Shown here: in pieces, positions 1 to 12,996 of the stretch
How positions within the stretch are numbered: the stretch's first letter is position 1
Layout: each line of letters starts with the position of its first letter
Origin: Phoronis australis
Lineage: Eukaryota; Animalia; Phoronida
Assembly: GCA_002633005.1 (NCBI GenBank)
Contig: NMRA01000338.1
Location: 342,775-406,774, forward strand
DNA: 64,000 nucleotides
Direction: 5' to 3'
Program-made: the position numbers and the translations under genes
The notes under the pieces: model-generated
The model's input: the letters and a program-made list of their open reading frames with translations, nothing else
What the model was told of the DNA's origin: nothing
Database searches by the model: none

Positions 1-453
1 CCCCCCCCCCCCCCCCCCCACCTTCTGCAAGGCATGCTACTGGTCCCGGAACCGGTTAAACGTGAAAACTCCACACTCATTCACAGATTGAAGGCTACAT
101 CCAAATACAAAACAAAAGTTCGGTCTACACCCAGTTGTCATATGAGACAGATAATTCGCTGTGCAAGCAAACGCTCTCACCGAAATACCCGGAACCAAAG
201 TGTCAATTGCCTCTTCGATTGCATTCACGCTATACATGTATACCATGCGCTCACGCGGACATAAATGCAAAGACATCACTGGCACAATTGACCTATCTCC
301 AGGATTGTGACGGACGGCTTAATTGACCAATCAGAACGCAGCATTCTTGGCACACCTTCATCTGCGTTTCCAAGCCGCCATTTTACCCGACAAACCACAC
401 GTAGTCGAGCAAAACTTACTTTAGTCTATAGCTCAAGAAATTGTCCGCTAAGA

Positions 454-660
454 ATGGGGAAACGGTATTGATATGGCGTGTGTAGCACCGACAGCCATTA
501 TGCTGCTCCAGAATAATATCCCGTCATTGTTTGGTATGTCCTAAGCCGAAAAAAAAGCGTAAACTATGGGTCAAACTGTACGGACACACGAGCAGCTGAA
601 CTTAGCGATGTTGCTTGATAACTCGAAGGCTAAAGTAAACACAAATATATTAGTTCCAAG
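454..660 (+). pseudogene. Degenerate THAP zinc-finger coding relic, probably from a DNA transposon
   Basis: Reads MGKRY*YGVCSTDSHY ... PKPKKKRKLWVKLYG ... HEQLN ... KVNTN..SK across stops and frameshifts, resembling invertebrate THAP domains (MxKRCxxGxCxxDSRY...FPKP...W.K.CGR). Preceded by CCAAT (327) and YY1-like CCGCCATTTT (375). Confidence 0.55.
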
Positions 661-1316
661 ATACGCACTTTTCAGCTTGGTGGCTATGGTGCAGGGCTAT
701 CTCAGATTTTGACTCCTGAGTTTCCTACGTCTGGCCGCCTTTGTCTCGGCACCTGCTGGATCTCTGCACTCTAGCGGTAGTCCCCGGAAATTGTTGTTTT
801 CAAGGACATTCTTATTTTATGCTTTTTTATTTATTTCAACCTAATGGACATTCTATGTCAGAGGTACATTTTTGTTATTCATAAACCGTAGGCTGGCGTT
901 CAACTGAACTTCTCTCCCGGTCAAAATTCAGAGATTCGATCATCCGCACAGGGAAGGGCACCGGATTACTGCCAGAACTCAAAGCCTTGGTCGAGCTGTT
1001 GTCACTAAAAATAAACTGTTGAATTACTTTTTTACGTGTACCTCTGGTATACACTATGTCTGTAGAGTTAGACAGAGCTCATTTTGAAGTTGTTCAAACA
1101 TGATATTTAGATTTATGAAGCTTTGAAAAAGAATTTGAGTTATTTTTGTAAATACCCTTTTTGCAACTACCACACCAGACTTGTAATCTCTTGTAACCAT
1201 ACCGCGACTTAGTGATCATGCTACCTTCAAAATTAAATGAAAGCTACCTTTATGGAATAAAACTACAAAAACTGCCAAGTTCATAAGAAGGTCTTAATGG
1301 TGCAAACGGACAATTC

Positions 1317-1641
1317 CATAAGCGGATTTAGGGGGGGGGGCAGGGGCCCCAGCCTCCCCCCTTGCCTGCTGCAAGCAAAATGAAACCGCAAGAGCGTGAA
1401 GCGTGAGGAAATATTGAGTTCAGTAACTAGGAAGAGGGGTGCTCAGACCCCAGATCGCGGCAGAATCGTGTTCCTGTTTTTTTTAGTCCACTGATAGATT
1501 TTCTGAACAGAAGGTCCAACGGTCTACATCCCTGGCCCCTGCAACTTTCGGGCCGCCTGTGCACATACAATCGTACTTTGCCCAATTCCACGAGGCAACA
1601 TATGTTGGGCCCCCCCCTGTGGTATCCTAGATCTGCCACTG
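1317..1641. mobile_element. GC-rich MITE with 5-bp TSD (hAT5-like by inference)
   Basis: TIRs cataagcggatttagg / cctagatctgccactg; AATTC at both 1312-1316 and 1642-1646. Confidence 0.75.
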
Positions 1642-2415
1642 AATTCCAGACATTAATTTGACTTAGACACAGCCCTAGACCTACCGGAGCTAACTGTTTG
1701 CCTAGGACGAGATGTGTGTGTACCTGAGCTATGAACCTGAAATTTTTGATCAAAATATTTCGTTACAATTAAGATTAGAAAAGCGTAAACAGTGCTATCG
1801 AGTCGACCTAGTCAGAGACTATAGTGCATGTGTTGTCTGTAATCTATGACCTACTTTACTCCAGGAGTCCCACCAGTTGTGACCTACTTTTCATTTGGCG
1901 AAATTTAGCAGACGACAGAATAAAAATATCGGTGAATCTTCACTGGTTTTATTCGAAAGATCATGAAATCTATGGAATCGTACAGATAATTTGACTTTAA
2001 GGTACATACCCAGCTTTACATGAACATATCATATCAGTGGCCTTGTCATTTGTCACGTGAATGGTGAAGGTGGCCCCGATGCCGAGTGTTTCTTCGGATA
2101 TTCGCTGGCTCCTCGATGAGCACTTATTTTTTCATCGTCACCTTTACAAATTCCCGTATCATGAACGTAAGATTCTCTGTTGAAAAGCATCGCCTCTTGT
2201 CTCTGTCGAAGAGTTTTCAAATAGTGCAAAAACACTCATCGATTCCACCAGGAACGTCGTTTAGCGACAGTGTATTTGCCTCTTACATCTGGAAAAGGCT
2301 CACTGTTCAGACTATCCCTCTACCCTAGGCGTTGGAGTCAGAGATGCTTTGCAACCAGGCAGCTGCGTGAATCCACCTGCGAAGCTAGCCAGCAAAGGCT
2401 AGACTACTAAGTATC

Positions 2416-3767
2416 GAGTGTTACATGAGTTATGGTAAAAGTAATTCAAGAAGAGTGTGTTCATTATTTAGTAATAATTTTGAGTATGAAGTCAAAAAAT
2501 AAATTCGGGATCAGGATGGGAACTAACTAATCTTAGATATACTTGTCGAAAAACAAACAGTAATTGATATTGTTAACGTTTACGGCCCCAACAAAGATAG
2601 CCCGGATTTCTGTGAGAAGTTAAAAAGTATTTTGGATGGACTAAATTCTGATTTTTCTATTTGGTCTGGAGATTGGAACTTGGTCCAGGATTTTTCTGCA
2701 GATTGTCAAAATTACACGACAAATTATGACAAGAAATTTTGGGACAAAATTTTGGAAAAATGTGAGAACTTTCAGTAGTTGATCGTTGGAGGATATACAG
2801 TATAATTCTTCGCATAAAAAGTATATTTGGATGTGAAATAACCTAGTTAAAATGGCCAGGCTTGATTTTTTCTAATAAGTAAAGATTTACTGTTTTTCGT
2901 CGAGAAAGTGGACACTTTCCAGGCTACAGAACAGGTCATTCTAGTATCTTTTTTAGACTTACGTTTATCTAGCTTTACCAAGGGTAGAGGTTTTTGGAGC
3001 TTCAATAATACACTTTTCAAAGATAACAAATATGTTAAAAAGTGAAAGAGATTATTCATAACACGCAATATGTGTACGCTCTATTTCCATATAATAGGGA
3101 CAACAAGTCAAATATTTCTCCATGCTGCAGTTTACTATAATTGATCAATTATTTTTTGAAATATTACAATTCCGTATATTGTCTACAAAAAGAAAAACAG
3201 GGTAGAGAGATCGAAATGTTTCGAGTATCAAATACAAATTCTTCATGAGACTTTATCAGATGGTTTTGATGCAAATTTTCAAAAGCGTTTAAATGACTGC
3301 CAACGAGAAGTGGAGTATTTTCGAAAAGAATACATGGAGGGAGTTGCATTAAGATCTAACGCGAAGTGGATTGAAGATGGTGAAAACTATAAAAAATATT
3401 TCTGTGGCTTGAAAAAAGTGATAGCAATGAAACATTAATGAACGCTAAAGTTCTTTTTAGAATAAACAACAAATATTCTTTTACAAACTTAATTTTGGTT
3501 CTAGCGAAATATCACATATGCTGTCAAAGTTTTGGGGCGCTTCATCATATATTGATGCCTTTGGGAATATTTTGAAACAGTATTATCTCATAGAGAAATA
3601 TATTTTTCAAAAAATAGACAGTTTAGTAGATTCACAAATAGATGATTAAAATTTGCTCACATATTGAAAATAAAGCTATCATTGAGTAAGTGTGGGCGTG
3701 TATGTATGTGTTCATTATTATTTACAGTGTAATATTACTTATTGATTATAAATGTATTAAATAATAA
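2416..3767 (+). mobile_element. Decayed Tx1/L1-clade LINE ORF2: endonuclease and linker joined to the 3' end, RT domain missing
   Basis: Motifs SNSRRV, NVYGPNKDSPDF, GDWN, RLDFFLIS, GFWSFNNTL, RSNAKWIEDGE, then NLILVLAKYHI and YYLIEKYI; many stops and frameshifts. Confidence 0.85.
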
Positions 3768-6700
3768 GGTGCTGTACTATTAAGCTCGACCGAGCCTGGT
3801 CAAATCTGTCCAAGTACGCGTGACACCATTTTGTATCAGGCAATTTAGTGGTAATCAGCTTCCTCACTCCCTCGGACATCGGCCACCACCTTCGCGAGAG
3901 CCTATGACTCTAAAGACTTGTACAAACTAGCTCTGCACTCTATTATAGTTTGATTATATTGTGACAGTTTGTACTTCAAATGTCTGAACATATTATCGCC
4001 GTTTAATTGAGGACTACAACAATTTTGTGGTTTGTGCAACACTACAAAACACTGCCGCAACGAAAAATTGCTACACGAACTGACACAGTTTGAGGACTGT
4101 GACAGCTTGTAACGTTGCGCCACTTCGTGGTCCTATAATAAAGCTCGTGATTTTAAAATCGTGCCACCAAGGCAGCGTTCCGTAGACGCAAGACACACGC
4201 GAAGTACATAAGTCGAGATACATGTAAACAGTAAATGTTATCCTCTAACTCAATATTTCCAACTGACCTATCACTTCAGTGGCAGCATGTTTGCCAGGAA
4301 ACATCAGAATGCTTCGTAGTATATTCGCTAAACACAAGTACGTATTTACGGACAACTAACGAGTATTTACGTGTTACGTGCCTAACTTCGTCAGAAGACA
4401 TGGGTTGAACAGTCGTAACCCCGGTGAGTGAATTGAAAAAATAAACATTTGTGTAATAAATGAACAATAGGTGTGTTCATGTCGCGTCTTTAGCGTAAAA
4501 CTAGGGGTACGATAAAAAGAAGCAAGCTCCGTCGCGAATTTTGTTTTAGATGAAGGACTTTGAAGTCTTATTTCAAGTGAAGAATAACATTGATAATGTT
4601 ATTGTTAGAACACTCAAAACAACTGAATGGACAAGTCATCCTGTTTGTCGCACTCGGCTTGTTGTTTCTTATGTACAATTATGTTTGACGTGAAAGATAG
4701 AAATGTGACCTCTTGAGGAAATGGTTTAAGTAGCCTGAAATATATTAAAACACTCAATGGCGACTGTTTTATTTTTCTGTTTTGAAGGATTCGTGTGTGT
4801 GCTCGACAGAAAAGACACAACCACTAGATGACGCTGCGAAGGACCTGTATGATCTTTCGCAGCGTCCTAAGGACCGGGTTGACAAAGGCCAGTAATTTCA
4901 GGTGTGGACATCACAGCTCAGGCCCGACAATCATTTGGCCTTGAACCTTTACACCGAACGAGAGAATGACACCCTTACAAAACAGTATGTTCTGGTGCCG
5001 GCATCTACAGGAATAGTGGAATGTCCCGATACTCCCCGGTCTAATATGCCCTCATCCCTATATTACCCCATCCATGTATTTCCCCAAACCAATGTTTTCA
5101 CGTCCTTTATGTTCCCCTGCCTATACTCTTCCTACTCTGTATTTTAATTTGTACGTCTGTAGGGTGATATTTTGATGCGCCTCAGGCATGCGCGACCAAA
5201 CGGTAACAAAAAACACTCAATTTTCAGGGAAAAAACACATTATATGTGCCGAATTTTGTGCTTAAGTCTTACAATTCGGGCGCTTACGATTGTATTTGAA
5301 TTGATAGATGCTGATGGAAAAAAGTAAATTAATTTATTACAGACTACTGGCAAATCCAATTTGTTTCGCCTTCAATAGTTCATTTTTGATTCTTAAAACG
5401 AAGTACAGCAATACTGAAAAGAGCCCACAGTTCGATAAAAGCGCCGTTGTTGTATAGTATATTGCTCTTCTGAGCAGTACGGTTTTGTTAAAAACAAGAA
5501 CAATTTAATACAAAAAGAGGTCAAAACACTTGTTTATTGGCAAACTGTGGTACAGACCCATAGGACCTTTTTACAGTTAGAGAATTTTGAAATGCACATT
5601 TTCCTCGCCACCTGTTGGCTGGAAGTGTAAAGCGAGCAAGACGTATATGGTTTCTGTGGTTTCTTGCTACTGAGAACGCCGATGTCCCACAATCCATTCC
5701 AGATATCCCGCAAATCTCTATTGTCCACGTACAATAGTACAGTAGTATACACTGGTTGTTTACTGGTGGTGCTTGTCACATGATTCACACAGTCACTATC
5801 AGATTCTTGAAAATTGACACTTTTATACAAGGTTAGCACATGGGTTTAAAAATAAAAGCGATCTGTAGTGCAGTTTTCACTTGACAAAAGCAAATGGAAA
5901 GTGTATTTGATTTTGGAGTATCGGCCCTTCGGAGTAAAGACGCAGTACATGGCGTGTTATGCTCATACTCCCAAGGGCCGTTAAAACGAAATAATACGGT
6001 TACAAACTTTGTATTCCTTGTTCTATACACCTCAGGACATTCTCTAAAGGGCCTTTGGTCCGAAAGTAAAACCAACTTATGTTCAAAAGACAGCAAAAAT
6101 GACCGATCGACGGTAATTTTTTGACATTCAAATTTCGATTTTGAAAAAGCGCAGTCAGCAATGGCAATACGATTTTTCATTGAACCTTGTGCATGCTCTC
6201 AGGTGTCTATTGTGCGCCATGCGATGTTATGTACACTAGTGGCGTCATCTAACGAACATAGTACCTTTCCTCAATAGGTTACACAAGCACAAGTCGACAT
6301 TTGGGGTTATAGTTTTTTCATATTTCTATTCATCAATTTATTTTGGAGCTTACATGTCTCCCCTATTGCGCTTGTTCAGGTTATATGCGTGTTTATTTCA
6401 AGCTGTGTCCTGCCATCAAATTAATTGACATTCTCAGAGATTAATCGCTTAAGAACCCGGACTGTCCCGGCCCGCTTTTTGTTCGTCAAATGACACGAAT
6501 GTTCGCATCTATGCAAAAGGTACAAATGTGTGCGAAATAACAGCCCAAAGTAACCGCCCTTGACTGTAACGACTCCTTGAAGTAAAGGCCCTTTGGAATG
6601 AAAACGTAGATCCAGTACATTCTAATGAAAAATAGTAGCGGAACAGAATACCTCAGATATGACTGATCGTATTCATATGATACTTTCAAGCACTGTGTTT

Positions 6701-6994
6701 TATTCCCTGTTCTCAAAAATTCCCACTGTTGTATGACGGCCTAAAAATATGGGACTTTTTATTTTTATAAAAAAAACTCTTATTAAGATGCAAATAACGA
6801 AAATGAAATTATATATTAGGAAACTGTAGCAGCGTTTCTGAGATTTCAACTTGAAAATTTTATTCATACATACATCCATAACTACAAATGTACACATGGT
6901 ACCCCTACATACATACGTGATTACATAAGTACGTACACACATACGACTGCCCACCCACGACACGCACGCACGCGCACATGCACACACCCGCACA

Positions 6995-6996
<2 letters not shown>

Positions 6997-7039
<43 letters not shown>
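6997..7039. repeat. (CA)n microsatellite
   Basis: Directly visible. Confidence 0.95.
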
Positions 7040-7041
<2 letters not shown>

Positions 7042-7148
7042 CGTTTTTGCAGTGTCATTCAGAACTTATGAGAGTTCTCTTAAGAAGCCAGAATCGACGC
7101 TTAAGAAAATTTGCTGCCAAAATAAACAAGTATAGTTAAACGTTAATA

Positions 7149-7287
<139 letters not shown>

Positions 7288-9930
7288 GATGTCTTTCAAT
7301 AGATTTGACATTAATGGCACATAGCTTCCAACAGTGGCAACATTCAAGAATGATTAAAGAGGAAAAAGTAGAATATCCGCATATAGGCAATATGGCGTGA
7401 AAAATCACATTGTGATGGTTTGGCAGGACGCGAGACGAATCTTCAAAGAGTGGGACAGTCCCGCCAAAAACGGTACAGTTGACAAGTACGAAATCGTGTC
7501 AGGTCTTGGACATTGTGTTAGTCGTTCCTAGATATCTTTCCATTTCAATTCTGACGCAAAACAAGGCGTGGTCGGTTTCTGAGTCAAAGATGAGAAGACA
7601 GCTTAAAACGGCTTATATGGGAAATTTTTAGCATGAGGTATGAACATTTAAGTTTTAGATGTCATCAGTGGATTTATTAATCTTTTTAAAAGCTCAAACC
7701 ATCACATCGAACCTCGAGTAATTCAGTAGTACACGTGACAGGCATTAAGCACATGGTTTTAAACCTGACATGTACAGTAGTATGATAGATTGTAAAATGA
7801 TGCATCCCGTGATTTGAAAATAAAACTCGTTTGATCGTGCCATTAAACTCAAAGCTTAGACACATCTTTCTCAAGATTACACTGGACAATCCTTAGAAAA
7901 CGTGTTCTTGGGATCTGGCAATGACGTCAGTAGGCTACTGTTATACTGGAGACCAGTAACCATATTCGATTAGCCTGCGATAATGACGAGGACGACGATG
8001 ACGAAGACGACGGCACCCACGCGCAGTGGTTGTGGAATTTACATTAAATACACATCCCGGTCCAAGTGGCGTACCATAGAAGTAAATTGTATGCCCCGGG
8101 ACAAGCAATCACAATCCCAGGTCTATTAAAATGTACACTCACCATGACTATCGAGTTTCAACGTAGTTCACGATTTTCACAACGCAGTTCGGGTATCGTC
8201 GCTAACACTCGCATGTTTCCGTTTAGCCTGAACAAAAAATAGCGTAATGAATTCCAGTTTGTTTACATCAGCTGATCGTAGAACGTGGATGATTAGAACT
8301 GGCACAAAGCCTAAAACGCATATAAAGAACCAGACAAAAGCTGAGTTTATGAAAGGTGAGTCAGTCGAGCTTCGTGCACCTTGCTATTTTACTATTCATT
8401 CGATACATAAATATTAAACAAATGAGATTCAATAACATGAGCGCGTGCAGTGGCTGCGTATGTTTTGTTCTTTTTATTATGCTGACTGTAGAAGGCTAGT
8501 TATTAAGCTAAACACTTAACAGCGACCTACTGAAACACCAGTGTTCGTTTACACTGTGTATAGAGCCCGAGATCGGGAAAACCACGACAGAACTTTGTCG
8601 CATATAAGGGTGAGTTAATAAAGAATGCGCATGTCAGTGTCTTCGTAATGCTGTTCAACACGAATGTTACGTCTTGTCGAACAGTCATCATAGCTATTAG
8701 ATTTCAATTTAAAACGATACTTCAGTCCCCGAATCAGCTACTGTGAAATGAGGATGTTGTAGTTTCAATGATTGATGGTGGCACTTCAGTCAGTTTATCG
8801 TTGAGTTTCTCCAAAACTAATGATGGATGATTTCTTGTATAGCTCCGTATCAGCCTTTGAGTGCGATGCGGTAAATCGTGACTTCAAAATAGACGTACGT
8901 CTGGCAATCATTCAAAGAAAGTCTCACTGTCTAGTTGCACATTAAATCCCGGCGAACTCAAGTGGAGTCATCGCAGCATTAACTCAATGTTGATGAAAGT
9001 TTGCCAAAAGTAGCTGATACATTTACCTGCAAGCTGATGAAACACATATGTGCTTTGTCCCCGTTTTCACCTTGCGCAGTCTCGTGCTCGGGATTCGATA
9101 GACGAGGTTATTAGGCATATTAATTTATTTTGGTTGTGTGTGACTCACTGTCAACAGTCTGTTACCATGACACTGTTTCTTGTACGCATTTTTATGATTC
9201 TTTACTGAGATTACAGTTGGCGACATTCACGTGTCTGGTGGTTTTATGGTTTATTCCTAGTATTGAAAACTGCTCGCAATTAATTCTTTGTTCCGCATCG
9301 ATTGCAAGCGTTACGCTGTACTGTTCTTCTTGTTGTAAACCATGGGTCGGAGCGGCTTAAAATGCCGATATTTTTTGCCAAAATGTTCACATGCAAGCGC
9401 CCACAAGAATAACGTTTGTTTCTACGAGAAATTGGGTAAAGGACTGGTGCTCACAATCACACGTCTTCGCGAGACATTGTCAAGCATTACAAGCGAACCC
9501 CGTGGCTCGCAATTTTTTGTGTCTGAGAAACGCAGACCAGGTATATACGGGAACTTCCAATTGAAGATTTTATATTCCACCTAGAATGTCCTTTTGTCGG
9601 AAATTTGCCAATCCGTGTTATTCATAGGATTTCGCCAATTCCTTGTCTGCAGTTACCAATTTCATGAAACAAAGAATTGGTTGCTTTAGTGACGTATAAT
9701 TTCACAGCGAGGCAAGATTTTATCAATACATCAATATATGCGCCATATGTTACCGATAATGCCAGCAAGACCGCCTGTTAGCTGCACATGTGTCTGATAC
9801 TTCCTAGCAAAATCAACGAATCCTGGGTGTTTCGGAAAACGCTTGCCCAATCATCAGGCTCGCTGGAGTCTCCATATTGGAGAACCGGATACAAGATCGT
9901 TCTCGAAGGAGAACGATGCAGTCACAGTTG

Positions 9931-10760
9931 TTTTTTTTTTTTTTTTTTTTTTTNNNNNNNNNNNNNNNNNNNNNNNNNNNNNNNNNNNNNNTTTGTCAAA
10001 AAGTTTTATTGTTATCGTAATGCAAATACAATAAAGCCAAACAGTATAAACATTCACGCACACAGTCACGCTCACATTCATACACAGGGGGGCCATTGGT
10101 TGTATGTAGTGTAAATTAAAATAAAGGTGCTAGAGGGGCCCATCGTTCCTCGAAGTCGAGATACCTGCACTGGTTATAGTACATAACCTTTTCTACTTTG
10201 TAGTAATCAAAAACAGAATGTTTAAAAAGTGCAAAACATGGTTCTACATTCTGAAGTCTTTGCTTGTGTATGTGGTACTTGCCTAAACATAAAAGTAGAT
10301 TTATGATTTTTGGTCCATTAAAGGAGCCAAAAATTACGTAAAAATGATCAAGTTTCATATCAATTCCGCAGAAGTTTTTTATCCAGTTTTCAACTGTTTT
10401 CCAAAAACTTTGGACACGTAAACAAGACCAATACAAGTGAAAAAGGTCTTCAGAATGAGAATTACAAAAAGTACAACTATCTGAATTTCTAACACCAATC
10501 TTACTCAAAAACTTATTGGTTCCGAGTAGTCTGTGAGTTAAACGTATTTGAAACCATTTAAGCTGGATATCACAAGAAAAGTTAATAGAATAAGAATAAG
10601 CTTTTCTCCACCACTCACGGGGAATTACGGTATTCAACTGTTTTTCAGTTGTTAAACTTGACCTAATGTGCTCTTTAATTAGTTTAATGTGACCAACAGT
10701 GTTGAATTTTGTTTTAAAATATCTGGTGCTAATATTCTTTACCAGTAAGAAGGTACATGT
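9931..10760 (-). mobile_element. 5'-truncated Tx1/L1 LINE 3' end (zf-RVT domain, 3' UTR, poly-A)
   Basis: Open frame 10116-10769: KWFQIRLTHRLLGTN...CTFCNSHSEDLFHLYWSC...FW...GKYHIHK. Minus-strand AATAAA near 10005; poly-T run 9931-9953. Confidence 0.9.
9954..9991. other. Assembly gap (N run)
   Basis: 38 Ns; another single N at 63253. Confidence 1.
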
Positions 10761-12860
10761 ATTGTACACGAACTCTAGATCTCAAACACTGTGTTATATT
10801 CATTGGCAAATTACACGAAAATGTGCAGCTTTAAACGCGGGAACTTTGTGCATTTGGATAGTATTCTTATGAATTAGGAGGAACCCGTAGAAATAAAACT
10901 TCCAGGTGAAAGTACTATTTAAAATCCGTGCAATCCGAACGCTACATGAACTTTGTTGTATGAAGAAGCGCTTGCCGATAAACGTCCGGCACAGCAAGTT
11001 TGCGTGCCGTTTCTCTTCCATGCACATGCGTGAACTATTTTCCCACAACACTGAAAGTAGTTCCCCATCCTACTCGAAGCTGGCCAAACTATCGTGACCA
11101 CCTGCTAGATACAACTCAAACCTCAAAGCTCTACAGAACGGATTTACCATAAGTTAACTACCGCACAACGGCAAGTAGTGTTGATAAAGGTCAAATGGGA
11201 CATTAATGTGACTGGAAATGCTTTTGTTAAGAAGTCTGTTCTTTAAATTTCAGTATTAAATTTCCCCAAGATACACTTATCGTGGGAACTTTATTCCTGG
11301 AAAACGATCCCCAGCAGCATGTCTCCATACTAATTGAGTTCCCCTTTGGAAATCGCGGCCGCGACCCGCTCGCGACATCTCAAGTCCCCAAGTATCGCGT
11401 CACGTGAAAACACTTGGTTTCCCATTGTCGTCACTCGATGGACTGCCGACGATAAAAACGAAATTGTTATTCTCGAGGCAGTTTAATAAATATAATGTTT
11501 TGATATTTGGTTCTCATGACCTGCGGCTTGACGTCAACCAATTACTCCTTAATATTTGGGAAGTTGTGCCAACTTTCTCCTTAGTAGCTTATGTCTGTAC
11601 CAAAAGTGCATTGTAACCGCAATTCAGATCACACCGCCGTGAATAATACCAGATTACATTTTTCTACTGACTAACATATATATGTTTACCTAAATTAAGA
11701 AAAAAAAACTCTGCGTAGCTAGAAGTGTGTGTATACATTATGTATTTACATTAGTGTTCTGTACTGTTTCTGTAACCATTCATTTCTGCTATATTAAGTT
11801 ACTTCTATTTCTGGGCAGCTATGTTATATCTGTTGTATTTAACTATATACTCATGAATTTTTTTGAAATTTCGTGATCGTTGCCGGGGCTGATCGAGAAA
11901 GTGCGTGCCATGGGATCAGTACTGGTTTAGACAGAAGTATTCACCAGGGGGTGGGTGGTGGCAAACATTGAACTGAAATAGGTTTCGAGTGGGGTCGCAT
12001 GCAATGAACAGGTGTACCCATGGTCCCGATGTGGCCGCCGTAGTTACGTTAGTGTGTGAGGAATGTTGCAAATTGTAGGCAGTGGGACGTAGGCTACAGT
12101 AAGGAACTCTAGCTCTGCCAATGGAGGCGTACAAACCACTTCTGTGATCATCTGAGGGGCAATTTTGTTCTGATGTTTTTCATATCACAAACCATTTTAT
12201 TTTCAAAAAAGTAAAAAGTAGCCATGTTCAAACTTGCACATTTTCATAATTTTACGTTGGAATTTGTCCAACTCGACAAGGAACAGAACAAGAAAGTAGT
12301 ACGTATTGAAAAGATCGAACGATGGACCACATGAATTTTGAGCCGGGGGAATATCGGGAAGGCAGACTATCAAGACGGGAATATTGGGCTTTGAAAACAA
12401 CGGTAGCCTACCTGGGAACATTGATTCTGGGGAATATCATTTGGGGAAATGTGGGTGAGCAGGACATAGGTGCTGGGACAAAGCAGCGTGGACTTGAAGG
12501 AAGGGCAACAAGAACGTTTTGGAATTAAACAGAAAAATATACATTAGCTCATGCTGTAAGTAACACACTTTTTTAAACTTTTAAGTTTAGCAAAAAAGTT
12601 AAAATTTGCATTCAGATATGCGACAGCTGAAGATTTCTGCAATATAAGTTTCATTGTTTCGTCATTCATATTTTAATAAATATGGCCTTGTGAACCCTCT
12701 CAATTTCTGAGCTTGTGATTGGCTAAAGGGGCAGCATACGGAGCCACCTGTTGATAGATAATGTTGTAAGGAATGAAACCATTAAAATTTGCTTTTTACA
12801 AAAATATATAATTTAAAATGCGTATAGTTCGCTCGATAGAAGACCTTCGTTTACACAAAC

Positions 12861-12996
12861 TTCGTTAAAAACATGACTAGACTTTTTGTTTGCAAGCTTG
12901 ACAGTGGTACACACCTGAAGAAAGGAGTCTGTTCCGAAACTACGAGCGTACCAGTATCGAGCTTGCAAACAAAAGTCTAGTCGTGTTTTTAACGAA
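12861..12996. repeat. Inverted repeat (~50-bp arms) whose loop carries a CTGAAGA...GAAA hammerhead-like core
   Basis: Arms ttcgttaaaaacatgactagact...gcaagcttga / tcgagcttgc...agtctagtcgtgtttttaacgaa. Confidence 0.75.

Noticed and set aside
4829-4867. Hairpin gacgctgcgaagga...tctttcgcagcgtc as a terminator or ncRNA
   Set aside because: No U-tract and a eukaryotic context; most likely a repeat-end palindrome.
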